Part shown: positions 48,511 through 59,000 of the stretch, piece after piece
Position numbering within the stretch: the first letter of the stretch is position 1
How the letters are laid out: the number at the start of each line of letters is the position of its first letter
Assembly: GCA_022394775.1 (NCBI GenBank)
Contig: JAGFCB010000014.1
Span: 7,715 to 71,714 of the forward strand
DNA length: 64,000 nucleotides
From: Candidatus Poribacteria bacterium
GTDB lineage: Bacteria; Poribacteria; WGA-4E; WGA-3G
Reading direction: 5' to 3'
Position numbers and translations under genes: made by a program
The notes under the pieces: model-generated
Told to the model about the DNA's origin: nothing
Database searches by the model: none
What the model saw: the letters and a program-made list of their open reading frames with translations, nothing else

Positions 48511-49305
48511 TTAAACGGGATCCAAAAACCCCAATTCACCTAACCGATTAATCCACCGTTGTCGCTTTTCATTTCCCGCTCGGTTTTCAACCCAATGTGG
48601 ATCATAGAGTGAGGTACCTGGTCGGTTAAAATGTTCGGGACTCTTCGCGTTGCTTCGCGCGCGATTGCGTGTGGCAGCTTCCTCTTCAGGAGTCTTCGGG
48701 TTGTTATAATAAACCACAGTGCACATTCGGCGATCATCGTTGCCGCCCCAGCTGGCGTGCCAGCAACGCATATCAAAGGCGACTACATCCCCCGGTTCGG
48801 ATTTACAAATATAACTCGGCACCTCACAAATCTCCGATCCCAATTCATTTAAATTTTCACGTAGATCATCGTGCAGCGGATTCTTATGAGAACCCGGAAT
48901 CAGTCGCAACGCACCACTTTCAGCAGCAACGGGTTCAAGGTAATATGCGAATTTCACGCCATAGCAGTCTTGGGTTAGATCGGCACTGTGGTCCGGATGC
49001 CAATTGGTATTGCCGACATAACGGTTCGCATCCGAGACAACGAGAAATACGTCATCCCCGTAAAGCTGCTCTGCCACTTCACAGAACCTTGGATCTTCTG
49101 GCAGCTTCGTAAAAAATGGCGTTTCAGGTCCCAGCATCGGCAGCCAATGTCGGTGTGTGCCATCAAACGGTGCGTGACGATACGCTGTCTCCATCGCCGC
49201 TTCAAACTCTTTGTGTATGGTGTTCAGTTCGTCTGGGTTGAGTAACTGCCGAAAAATCAGGAATCCGAAGGTGTGGAAGTGCTTGATTTGCTGTTCTGTA
49301 AGCAT
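48511..49305 (-). CDS. PhyH-family Fe(II)/2OG dioxygenase
   Basis: MLTEQQ..FHTFGFL, WHPD, GALRLIPGSH, PGDVVAFD, WHAS, RR. Confidence 0.88.
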   Translation of the reverse strand: MLTEQQIKHFHTFGFLIFRQLLNPDELNTIHKEFEAAMETAYRHAPFDGTHRHWLPMLGPETPFFTKLPEDPRFCEVAEQLYGDDVFLVVSDANRYVGNTNWHPDHSADLTQDCYGVKFAYYLEPVAAESGALRLIPGSHKNPLHDDLRENLNELGSEICEVPSYICKSEPGDVVAFDMRCWHASWGGNDDRRMCTVVYYNNPKTPEEEAATRNRARSNAKSPEHFNRPGTSLYDPHWVENRAGNEKRQRWINRLGELGFLDPV

Positions 49306-49321
49306 GAGGTCCCTCCCTGTT

Positions 49322-50347
49322 TCATCGCGCTAACTTCTGTTGCAGTTTGGGGCTATCTGTGACCTCCCCATTCACAATCCAGGGTGGCATTTGCCCAGAA
49401 GCCACATCAATAATGCTACCGCACGCGCTCTTAGCATTGCCGTCGAAACACTCATCCGTCCAGCAGATACTGTGCGGCGTAGCGATAACGTTGTCCAGAC
49501 TTAAGAGCGGATCATCATCGCGAATCGGTTCTTGCTCAAAGACATCGAGTCCAGCCCCTTGAATCCGTCGATTTTGAAGTGCTTCTGTAAGTGCCTTTTG
49601 GTCAACGATGGGACCGCGCGCTGTGTTAATCAGGTAGGCTGTCGGCTTCATCAGCCCGATACGTCTCTCATCAACAAGACCACGCGTCTCTTCATTTAGT
49701 GGACAACAGACACAGACAAAATCAGCGGTTCGCATCAAAGTGTCCAAGTCAACAAGTTCTACGCCGACTTCTGCTGCCTCAGCAGGTGTGACGTACGGAT
49801 CGGAGGTGATATGGCGCATTCCAAAAGGTTTTGCCAGTTTGAACGCCTCTTTTCCAATGTTACCCATACCAACAAGTCCCAAGGTCCTGCCTACCAATCC
49901 CATCCCTCTATAGTTTTGGGTATTTCTCCATCCACCTGAACGGGTAAGTCGATCTTTTATCAGCAACTGATGGCTCAACGACAAGACAAAAGTCATGATG
50001 GAAGTAGCAACCGGGCGACGAACGCCATCCGGTGCGATCGTCAGCAGCACGCCATTTTCGGTACAGGCTTCCACGTCCACCTTATCGTATCCCACACCGA
50101 AGCGAGCAATGACTTTCAATCTATCAGCACTAGTCAACGTCTCCGCTGTGATGCCCGCACCCAAAACTAAGAGCGCATCATAATCTTGCACCTGTGTTGC
50201 CTGTAACACCGGTGTGTTTTCTGAAATATATTCCCACTGTAGACCGGCGCCGTCAAAAAGCGGACCGGCAATGTCGTCTAAATCGCAGGTGCCATCGGGT
50301 CCCAAAAAGTCCCGCGTAACACCTACGCGAAATACAGATTTATCCAT
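49322..50347 (-). CDS. D-isomer-specific 2-hydroxyacid dehydrogenase
   Basis: RFGVGYD, GMGNIG, INTARG, LDVFEQEP, TPH. Confidence 0.92.
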   Translation of the reverse strand: MDKSVFRVGVTRDFLGPDGTCDLDDIAGPLFDGAGLQWEYISENTPVLQATQVQDYDALLVLGAGITAETLTSADRLKVIARFGVGYDKVDVEACTENGVLLTIAPDGVRRPVATSIMTFVLSLSHQLLIKDRLTRSGGWRNTQNYRGMGLVGRTLGLVGMGNIGKEAFKLAKPFGMRHITSDPYVTPAEAAEVGVELVDLDTLMRTADFVCVCCPLNEETRGLVDERRIGLMKPTAYLINTARGPIVDQKALTEALQNRRIQGAGLDVFEQEPIRDDDPLLSLDNVIATPHSICWTDECFDGNAKSACGSIIDVASGQMPPWIVNGEVTDSPKLQQKLAR

Positions 50348-50376
50348 TTACTATTCCTGCTTAATTTTGTTGATAT

Positions 50377-52179
50377 TTACTCCGATTCAAGCGATGCTCT
50401 ACGGATGTATTTCCACCCTATTGGCGAAAGTTTAATATTTTTAACCCTTCTGTCAATAACCAAAAGCTGTTGTGCGTGCGCCAACGGCACCCACGGCGCG
50501 TCTTCATGAAAAATTGCTTGTGCTTGCCGATAAAGGGCAGTACGCACATCTCGATCGGTAGAATGTGTCCCTACCCTATCTATGCCACGCAATGCCGGGT
50601 TATTCGCGAACTCCTGAATGTCTTGATCAGTGCTCGTCCTGGCACGCTCCAGAATGTGCTGCAGCTCCTCGTTTCGGTAGAACGAGATATTATATGCTGG
50701 TTTCTCTGCAGATGGTATACTCAAAAGCGTGTAGAGAAAATTATCAGGGTCTGCCACGTCGGCGATCCAACCTAACATCGCCATATCGTGCTCTCCGTTT
50801 GCTGTTTTATCGAGATAGATCCCCCAGTCGTCCGTCACAATTCTCGCTTCAACGCCAATAATTTGGAGGTCAGCTTGAATGGCTTCTGCCAGTGCCATTC
50901 CGTCAGGAATGTACGGGCGCGGCACGGGTAATGCCCAGAGGGTCGTCTCAAAACCTTCGGCATACCCCGCCTCAGCGAGGAGCCGTTTTGCGAGTTCTGG
51001 ATCGTATGCGTAGTCTTGAATCGAATCGTCATAACTCCAGAGTGTGGGCGGAAGCGGATTCTTCGCAGGGATGCCTAAGCCCTGATAAAGACGGTCAACG
51101 ATTTCGGTTTTGTTAATGGCATGGTTAATCGCGAGCCGGACTTTGAGGTTATCAAAAGGAGGCTTTTCCATGTTCATCGCCAAATAGCCGATATTTAGGC
51201 TCGGTTGTATAAGAATCTCAAACTCTGGATCGCCTTGAAGTCGTGCTATTACGTCAGGGTTCGGAAGGTCCATGACGTGGATATTACCTTGCTGAAGTTC
51301 GTCGAAACGCTCAGAATTGTTCGGAATGGATCGAAAAATAAGCCTATCTAATGCGGGGCTTCCTGCCCAATGTTGACTGTTTGCTGCAAGGGTAATTGTG
51401 TCGTCCCGAACCCAGTGAACGAACTTGAAGGGACCCGTGCCTACCGGATTATTGCCAAAATCTTCGCCAAAACTTTGAACAGCTATCGGGCTCACAATAG
51501 AAAATGCGGTGCCTGCCAATGTACTGATAAACGGCGCATACGGTGTTTTAAGTTGAATCTGCACCGTAAACGGATCAAGCGCAATAATCTGGTCGATGAA
51601 TTGTTCATGAAAAGTAGGAAATAGGGCGAGTGGACGAGTGAGTGAAAAAACGACTGCGTCGGCATCAAATGGGGTACCATCGTGGAATTGGACACCTTGC
51701 CGCAATTGAAATGTCCATATTAAGCCATCAGCGGAACGCTGCCACGTTTCAGCTAAACCGGGTTCAAGATTAGTCGTGGCTTCTCTATATTGAACCAGTG
51801 TATCATAGAGCATATCGCAAACTTTTCCCGATTCTCCATCAATCGCTTCAGCCGGATCAAGTGTAAGAGAGTCACCGCCTCGCCCGAAGATCAGTGTACC
51901 GCCTGTCCGCGTAACCGCTGCTTCACTGCCCCCCATAATGTTAGCAATGAAAACTAAATCAAGGATATTCACAGTGCCATCATCGTTGACATCAGGGTTC
52001 GTTTCACCCGTTAGATTGGTACTTTCAGCCAACCGCGAAGCTACAAGGACTAAGTCAAGGATATTCACAACACCATCGCCATTGGCATCGCCTGCGATTT
52101 TCGCCTCTTGCGCACTGCTTCCTGTTAAAAATAGAACTGATAGTCCAAGAATTATTGCAATAAAAATTAAATTTTTCAT
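50377..52179 (-). CDS. DppA-like ABC peptide-binding protein with N-terminal dockerin-like domain
   Basis: Signal peptide, two DxNxDGxVNILDLV repeats, then SBP family 5 motifs (LDPA, YDTL, FHDGTPF, PVGTGPFKF). Start ATG 52179. Confidence 0.85.
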   Translation of the reverse strand: MKNLIFIAIILGLSVLFLTGSSAQEAKIAGDANGDGVVNILDLVLVASRLAESTNLTGETNPDVNDDGTVNILDLVFIANIMGGSEAAVTRTGGTLIFGRGGDSLTLDPAEAIDGESGKVCDMLYDTLVQYREATTNLEPGLAETWQRSADGLIWTFQLRQGVQFHDGTPFDADAVVFSLTRPLALFPTFHEQFIDQIIALDPFTVQIQLKTPYAPFISTLAGTAFSIVSPIAVQSFGEDFGNNPVGTGPFKFVHWVRDDTITLAANSQHWAGSPALDRLIFRSIPNNSERFDELQQGNIHVMDLPNPDVIARLQGDPEFEILIQPSLNIGYLAMNMEKPPFDNLKVRLAINHAINKTEIVDRLYQGLGIPAKNPLPPTLWSYDDSIQDYAYDPELAKRLLAEAGYAEGFETTLWALPVPRPYIPDGMALAEAIQADLQIIGVEARIVTDDWGIYLDKTANGEHDMAMLGWIADVADPDNFLYTLLSIPSAEKPAYNISFYRNEELQHILERARTSTDQDIQEFANNPALRGIDRVGTHSTDRDVRTALYRQAQAIFHEDAPWVPLAHAQQLLVIDRRVKNIKLSPIGWKYIRRASLESE

Positions 52180-52180
52180 A

Positions 52181-53773
52181 TTATTCTGCAAGCCAAATTT
52201 GGCGGAAGTACCTCCATTTCAGTGGATGCAATTTGAGGTCCTTAACCTTTTTGTTGATGACTAAAATCTGTTTGGCGTGCGCCAACGGCACCCACGGCAC
52301 ATCTTTGTGGAAAATCTGCTGTGCTTCTTGATAGAGCGAGATCCGTTTGTCTCGATCTGTAGTCGATCTTGCCTGTTCTAAGACGTTTTGCATCTCATCG
52401 CTCCGATAAAATGCAATGTTACCAGCAGGTTTCTCCGCTGACGATTTACTTAAAAGAAAATAGAGGAAGTTATCTGGATCGCCGAGATCCGCACTCCATC
52501 CTAACATTGCCATATCGTGCTCGCCATTCTTCGTTTTCTCAAGGTAAGTGCCCCAATCGTAGGTCACGATTTTCGTCTCAATTCCGATGTTTCGGAACTC
52601 AGATTGCAGAACTTCCGCAAGGGCACGTCCGTCGGGGATATACGGGCGCGGCACCGGCAGTGCCCAAAGTGTCGTCTCAAAGCCATCAGGATAACCTGCC
52701 TCTGCAAGAAGCCGCTTTGACAGTTCAGGATCGTAGGCGTAAGCCTCAATGGAATCATTGTAACTCCAAAGTGTCGGTGGAATCGGGTTTTTCGCGGGGA
52801 TCCCCAAACCTTGATACAGGTGTTCAATAATCGCAGATTTGTTAATCGCGTGATTGATAGCGAGTCGGACTTTGAGATCGTCAAATGGCGGCTTGTCCAT
52901 GTTCATTGCCAAATAACCGATGCTCATCCCGGGTTGTGATAGCAATTCAAGTGATGCATCATCTCGAATCTGTTGCAGATCGTCCGGGTTCGGAAACTCC
53001 ATCGCATGGAGGCTACCTTGCTGAAGTTCAATGAGACGTACCGAGTTGTCAGGAATAGAGCGGAAGATAACCCTGTCTAACATCGGACGTCCGCCCCAAT
53101 AAGCCTCGTTCGCTTCAAGCACGATTTTATCTTTCCTGTCCCACCTCACAAATTTGAAAGGTCCTGTGCCAACTGGATTGTTGGAAAACTCGTCACCCCA
53201 TTTTTGCACTGCTGTTGGGCTGACGATTGAAAAAGGCGTTATGGCAATCGTGTAAATAAACGGCGCGTAAGCCGTCTTAAGACGAATCTGGACAGTAAAT
53301 TCATCAATAGCAGTAATTGTATCCACGATCTCTGCCAAACCGGTGGCTATCCAATAAATATAGCTGCCGCCAACGTTATGAAACGGATGCGTGTCATCGT
53401 GTTGGCGGTTAAGCGAAAAAAGAACGGCTTCGGCGTTGAAAGGAGTGCCATCATGGAAGGTTACACCTTGTCGCAAGTGAAACGTCCAGGTCAAACCATC
53501 TGCTGAACTTTCCCAACTTGTAGCGAGACCCGGTTCAATTTCAGTGCTGCCATCTTTGTATTCAATGAGTGTATCGTAGATGTTGTCGCAAACTTTGAAA
53601 GATTCTCCATCTTCTTCAAGTGCTGGATCCAATCCCACAGAGTCGCCACCACGCCCAAAAATTAGGGTGCCACCGCGTTTTTGATGAGAATCTGCAAACG
53701 CCGCTGAAGGCACTACAAAGGGTAGGACCAGAATGATGAGTAAGAAGACCTGTGCGTAAAATCTCTTTTGCAT
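52181..53773 (-). CDS. DppA-like ABC peptide-binding protein
   Basis: SBP family 5 motifs including PRPYIP and LGWSADLGDPDNF. Close paralog of the adjacent gene. Confidence 0.9.
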   Translation of the reverse strand: MQKRFYAQVFLLIILVLPFVVPSAAFADSHQKRGGTLIFGRGGDSVGLDPALEEDGESFKVCDNIYDTLIEYKDGSTEIEPGLATSWESSADGLTWTFHLRQGVTFHDGTPFNAEAVLFSLNRQHDDTHPFHNVGGSYIYWIATGLAEIVDTITAIDEFTVQIRLKTAYAPFIYTIAITPFSIVSPTAVQKWGDEFSNNPVGTGPFKFVRWDRKDKIVLEANEAYWGGRPMLDRVIFRSIPDNSVRLIELQQGSLHAMEFPNPDDLQQIRDDASLELLSQPGMSIGYLAMNMDKPPFDDLKVRLAINHAINKSAIIEHLYQGLGIPAKNPIPPTLWSYNDSIEAYAYDPELSKRLLAEAGYPDGFETTLWALPVPRPYIPDGRALAEVLQSEFRNIGIETKIVTYDWGTYLEKTKNGEHDMAMLGWSADLGDPDNFLYFLLSKSSAEKPAGNIAFYRSDEMQNVLEQARSTTDRDKRISLYQEAQQIFHKDVPWVPLAHAKQILVINKKVKDLKLHPLKWRYFRQIWLAE

Positions 53774-53806
53774 AAATTTCTCCGATGTGTACTAAAAATA
53801 TATTCC

Positions 53807-53835
53807 ATAATACAGGCTTTTCTGCGAAATGTCAA
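53807..53835 (-). promoter_or_regulatory. Sigma70-type promoter for the SBP operon
   Basis: Minus strand TTGACA-17 bp-TATTAT. Confidence 0.6.
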
Positions 53836-54085
53836 GCGGACTTTTCTGAAAACTGATAAATATCCTTCATCTTTACGGTTTCTATACGTTCCACGCGCCT
53901 ACCGTGCTACGAAGATTTGAAACCACATCCCATAAAAGTCGTTCTGTTAAAAGGCGTAGTATATTAAGTGAAACGAGCAAAATTTTGAATACCCTGAGTT
54001 CGAGGCACATAGATGTTTCAAAACATTACTGGTAAGGCATGGTGTAAATCTCCCGCTGTGAACACATCGCGTCGAAAAAATAAAT

Positions 54086-56008
54086 ATGTTATCTTTTGAA
54101 CAACTCCTCCAGAATTTAACGGATACAACGCAGCCGAACCTTGTGCGAAGCACTGCTATCGCTGGGATTGTCGCGCAATACGGTTCACAGGGCGTGAAAT
54201 TTCTGGTTGAGGCACTCAACGACGCTGACGCAGTAATACGGCGCGAGGCGGCGAAAGCACTTCAGGATTTAAATGCCACAAGTGCAATAGAACCGCTTCT
54301 CCACGCACTGCAAACGGAGTCGAATGATATAACGCTTTGGGCAATGCTTGAAGCGATCAGTGAATTGGGATCCCCCAGTGTGCTGCCTGTACTTGAATCA
54401 CTTTCTAATGTTGATTCTATGCTCACACGGATAGAAATCAAGAAAAGTATCTCCCGAATCCAGACCCGCCATGCCGATGAGGCTGCTCAGATAGACGCAT
54501 CCAACCATACACCTATAGAAAAAACAGAAGAAACCGCAACAAATGAAGCATCAATTGACAAACGACCGAACATTTCTATAGAATTAACCTCTGCAAATCC
54601 CCTCACCGATCCAACGCAAGATACTATCGATACTGCAACTGTCTCGGAAAAGCCGACTGAAACAGAAAACAAGGTCCAGACGACTGATCAATCTGGTGAA
54701 ATTATAAGTGAAACCGAGCCTACAGAAACAGAAGATGCCGTCACGAATTTGCTTACCGATCCGGATGAAAGGGTTCCAACGGACTCCGAAGATACAGTTG
54801 AACCCATAGATGATACGCAATTTGCTGAAGCGGCAGTTGAAACTATAGATGAGGGAGAAGATACGGAGACAGTCGCAGCTGATGCGGAATCACCACAACC
54901 GGAAGAAAATACGGATATAAAGGATTTATCGGAAACAATAGCACAATCGCCGCGACTTGCTGGTTCGTCTGTTAACCTGCCTATGTTGGCACCTAATGCC
55001 GCGACCGTGCCGTATCACGCAACGGAAACCTCACTTGAACCAACACATGCCAATTTCTTTCTCACACTGCTGCACCCAAGCAAACATTTCTCCAAACAAT
55101 GGGTATCCCGAACGCGCGCATATCTAATATTGTGGGCTGTGCTCATTGCTGCAGTCGTTGGTTTCACACAACATCAAAAGCACTTCAGAGCAGAGACAAC
55201 CTCACTCTTCTCTATCGGCCTTTCGGCTGGTGAACTGCCGGAACTCGTAAAACGATCCTTGGCTGAAGGGGACTTCTACATTCAAGAAGGTCTTTATAGA
55301 AAAGCTATTAGTTCTTATGAATTAAGCCGTAGGCTTGACGTGCTGCCGCTTAGTTTCTATCGGAAACTCGGATTTGCATACTTCAAGGAGGGGCAATACG
55401 CCCTTGCCGTTGAAGCGTATGAACTATTTTTAGAAGCACGGAATAACGGAACGCCTGATGTGTTTGCGGCTGAAGCCTCGCTTTCGGATGTATACCCGCT
55501 CACTTCGGTCGAAGAACAGATTGCGCGCGACTACGAAACCTATAATATCCTTGGCATGGCGTACGCAAAACTTGGACGTGTATTAGATGCCCAGCGCGCT
55601 TATAGGCAGGCAATACGTATGGCGCCAAAGTATGGGGAAGCCTACAATAACCTCGCTCGTCTCTATGCGGACAACCACCAACAGCTGTTAGCAGCAGACC
55701 TCGGGAATCCGACAATTTCTCAAAAACTGAGACTCGCTGAGGCATTGGCATATACGGCAGTTACATTGAATCCTGATGTAGCCGCATATCATGATACCTT
55801 GGGCTGGATTCTGTCAAAGCGGGGACAGGTGAATAAGGCGATCAAAACCTTAGAACGGGCTATTGATCTTCAAAAAGATGCTGTTGAACCGCACTACCAT
55901 CTCGCACAAGTCGCACTTGAAGTCAAGGATCGAAAAAAAGCGGTAAAAGCGATCCGTAACGTGTTCAAACTCCAGCCCGCCTTTGTGTCTCTCAAAACTG
56001 GTGAGTAG
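54086..56008 (+). CDS. HEAT-repeat + acidic linker + TM + TPR membrane protein
   Basis: N-terminal HEAT-like units (LVEALNDADAVIRREAAKAL), ~170-aa T/E/D-rich linker, TM YLILWAVLIAAVVGF, TPRs (YNILGMAY, AYNNLA, HDTLGW). Confidence 0.75.
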   Translation: MLSFEQLLQNLTDTTQPNLVRSTAIAGIVAQYGSQGVKFLVEALNDADAVIRREAAKALQDLNATSAIEPLLHALQTESNDITLWAMLEAISELGSPSVLPVLESLSNVDSMLTRIEIKKSISRIQTRHADEAAQIDASNHTPIEKTEETATNEASIDKRPNISIELTSANPLTDPTQDTIDTATVSEKPTETENKVQTTDQSGEIISETEPTETEDAVTNLLTDPDERVPTDSEDTVEPIDDTQFAEAAVETIDEGEDTETVAADAESPQPEENTDIKDLSETIAQSPRLAGSSVNLPMLAPNAATVPYHATETSLEPTHANFFLTLLHPSKHFSKQWVSRTRAYLILWAVLIAAVVGFTQHQKHFRAETTSLFSIGLSAGELPELVKRSLAEGDFYIQEGLYRKAISSYELSRRLDVLPLSFYRKLGFAYFKEGQYALAVEAYELFLEARNNGTPDVFAAEASLSDVYPLTSVEEQIARDYETYNILGMAYAKLGRVLDAQRAYRQAIRMAPKYGEAYNNLARLYADNHQQLLAADLGNPTISQKLRLAEALAYTAVTLNPDVAAYHDTLGWILSKRGQVNKAIKTLERAIDLQKDAVEPHYHLAQVALEVKDRKKAVKAIRNVFKLQPAFVSLKTGE

Positions 56009-56023
56009 CGACAACGCAGGATT

Positions 56024-59000
56024 TCAACGAATAATAGTAAGTTTCCCAACACGCCGATCCTTTTCAGACGAAAGCACATAAATATAAATACCGCTACTGA
56101 TGCCTGATACATCCCAAACTTTTTTATCCCGCTCATGTTCCGTCTTAGCGAACGACGCAATACAGTTACCACTAACATCGTAAATATAAATATTAGTCCC
56201 CACAGGCAGGTTATCAAACGTAACCTGATCGAATTCCACAGGATTCGGATAGACAATTATATCGCCTAATTCGGGGACTGGTAGTGTTACCGTCAGTATT
56301 CTTGCCTCGTCTTCAAGGTCGGCACCGTGTATGTCTGAAAGTTGTAATGCCTCAATCTGATAGCGGCTGCCCGTCCGAAAGACTGTCGAAGGAAATGTGA
56401 GAACAACTCGATGCCCCGTCTTATCAAGAATCGCTGAACGTGGGGTGTAACTCTCTATCCCGCTTGCCATATCTCGCTGCTTGTGCAAGCGGTAGCGTCC
56501 AGCGTAGGTAGCGGAAATGCCCATCGGTTTGTCAAATGCCAAGGACAGCTGATTCGGTGGTGAATACACCGCATTTCGTAGTCGGGGTCGTTGGGTTGCT
56601 ACAACAGATACAGGTATAGATCGTGCTGAAGATTTACCGCTTGAATCCTGAGACGTAAGCGCGTACCAGTAAATGCGGCCTGCTGTGAGTTCTCTATCTG
56701 TAAAGTCTGTCCCCTGAATCCCTTCTCGAATCTGTGCCACCGAATCTTCACTTTCGCCGCGATAGAGGGTATATGTTGCAACGTTCGGCACTATCTGCCA
56801 TGAAAGCTGCACGGATGTTGGTCCAACAGGTTTAGCCGTAATATTCCACGGAATACTCAGCGGACCGCTTGATTGTAAGTTCAAAGCTGTAGGTGTTCCA
56901 AAGACAGTTAAGGCATTATTGCTATTAAACAACAAAACATTCTCACCATCTCCATTAGTATCTACTACAATCGGATTGAAAGTGTTGGTCGCAGCATGAT
57001 GCCAGATGGGACGATAATCTATTCCATCATATTGCACAAGATAGAAGTTCGGTGCAAGGGCAAGGCATAATTCATTCTGTCCGTCGTTGTTCGCGTCGGC
57101 AATAGTCATACCGTTCCCACCATTTCGCACATCATGGATACGTTGTGTCCATACCGGACGGTAGGTATCATCGCCATCGGACGTAAAAACAGTTAAAAGC
57201 CAGTGGTTGTACCGAATGTCAAGTACGATAGTACCGACCTCAGTGCCTGTCATCGCGCAGACAGCAAACTCCGCTTTACCATCACCATCCATGTCCCCAG
57301 CAGCAAAGAGTTGAGGACTGCCTTCCGGCAATCTAACTGCCCATGTCTGTCTATATTGGTTATTTCCAATTGCTTCGTATACAAATACGTCCCCGTCACT
57401 ATCCCCGATTAAAATTTCCATCTGGCCATCGTTATCAAAATCACCTGTGGCAGCATTCGCGCGAATCCCGTTGCTGCCTAACGTCAGGTTTTCAAAGGTG
57501 GCGGTAGGACGGTGATTGTTATCTCCGACTGCTTCATATACCAAAATGGAATTGGTGGCATCAGCGCGAGTGAAAATCTCAGGTTTACCATCTGCATCTG
57601 CATCCACCATTGCTATACTCCAGTGCCCTTGTGATTCCCAGATGCGTTCCGTTGGAAACCCATTTTGTGTGGGTTGTTCCAGTAAAAATGTCGCCTCTGG
57701 AGAGTTACATAATATCTCTATAAGTCCATCTTTATCTGTATCCAAGATTGCTCGCGGTAGGAACGGTTCATTGAATGCAAAGATTTCTCTAAATGAACCG
57801 TCAACCGCTATCTCAATAATCTGTACCAGATTTGTACCCATTTCTGCTGTGATAAGTTCGAGTCTTCCATTTCTGTTTATATCGACTGGCGGACCAACAG
57901 CATGTCGCGCACGTGCGGTTGATGTTCCTGCCGAGAGATGTAGCGGATTTATAGGCGCGTTTTGCATCTCTATCTCATACAACGCCTTATTATTGTCATC
58001 AACCGACAACAACCCGGCGCGATTTTCCATCGACAAACGATACTTATAAGCACCAGTGGATATACCTAAATCAGACAAATTCACAATATGAAGAAAGTTC
58101 TCTGAATCTGAACGGGCAGTCCTAACGACGTTCCCGTTTGCTTGAAAAATTTCTATGCCGCCAATAGATACTTCATGCGTCTGCCACATCACCACCGATT
58201 CAACGGTATTTCCGACAAACCATGCCTGCGATTCATGCATAGAAATACGCGGTGCTGTCCGATTCACTTCAACAACGGTCCTGTCTCTTTTGCTGTTGCC
58301 GTTTTCCGATTGAACGCTCAGGCGCACTGTATATTGACCCTCAGATAAGCCAGAGGTGTCCCATTTGTACAGGCAAACATTGAATTTCGGTTTCGTTTGC
58401 ACAGTTCCCAATGGAAACCATAAATTCGGCACTTCACCAATCCCATATTCCAACCAATACTCAGTAAATCCAATCCCACCGGCACTACCGAAAATCTCAA
58501 TTTTCTCAATATCGCTGGATTCTGTAGTTTGTAGGGATATCTGATGCGTATCAATCTGTGCGATTAGCTCTGTTGAAGCGGTAAGTGCAGCGGACGCATC
58601 AAGCAAACCAGCACCAACAAGACCACTAATAAAAAGCGGTTCTGCAGTGGTAATAAGAGTTTCCTTAATCCCCGCATTAGTGTAATCCGGGTTTCCCGAC
58701 AAAACCAAAGCAGCCACCCCAGATACATGCGCAGCTGCCATAGATGTGCCAGATAAATTTTGATACCCACCGTTCAGATATGTGCTGAGGATTTCGTCAC
58801 CCGGAGCAGCTATATCAATTGTTGCTCCGAAATTGGAATCCGTGTACAGCTGCCGCTCCGCATCAATCCCTGCTACAGAGATAACAGTTTTCAGCCCGGC
58901 AGGGTACCACGATCCGACTGCGCCGTCATTTCCAGCGGCAGCAACCAGCACACACCCACGGGCGTAAGCATACGCTATAGCATCTTCTATAATGAATGCA

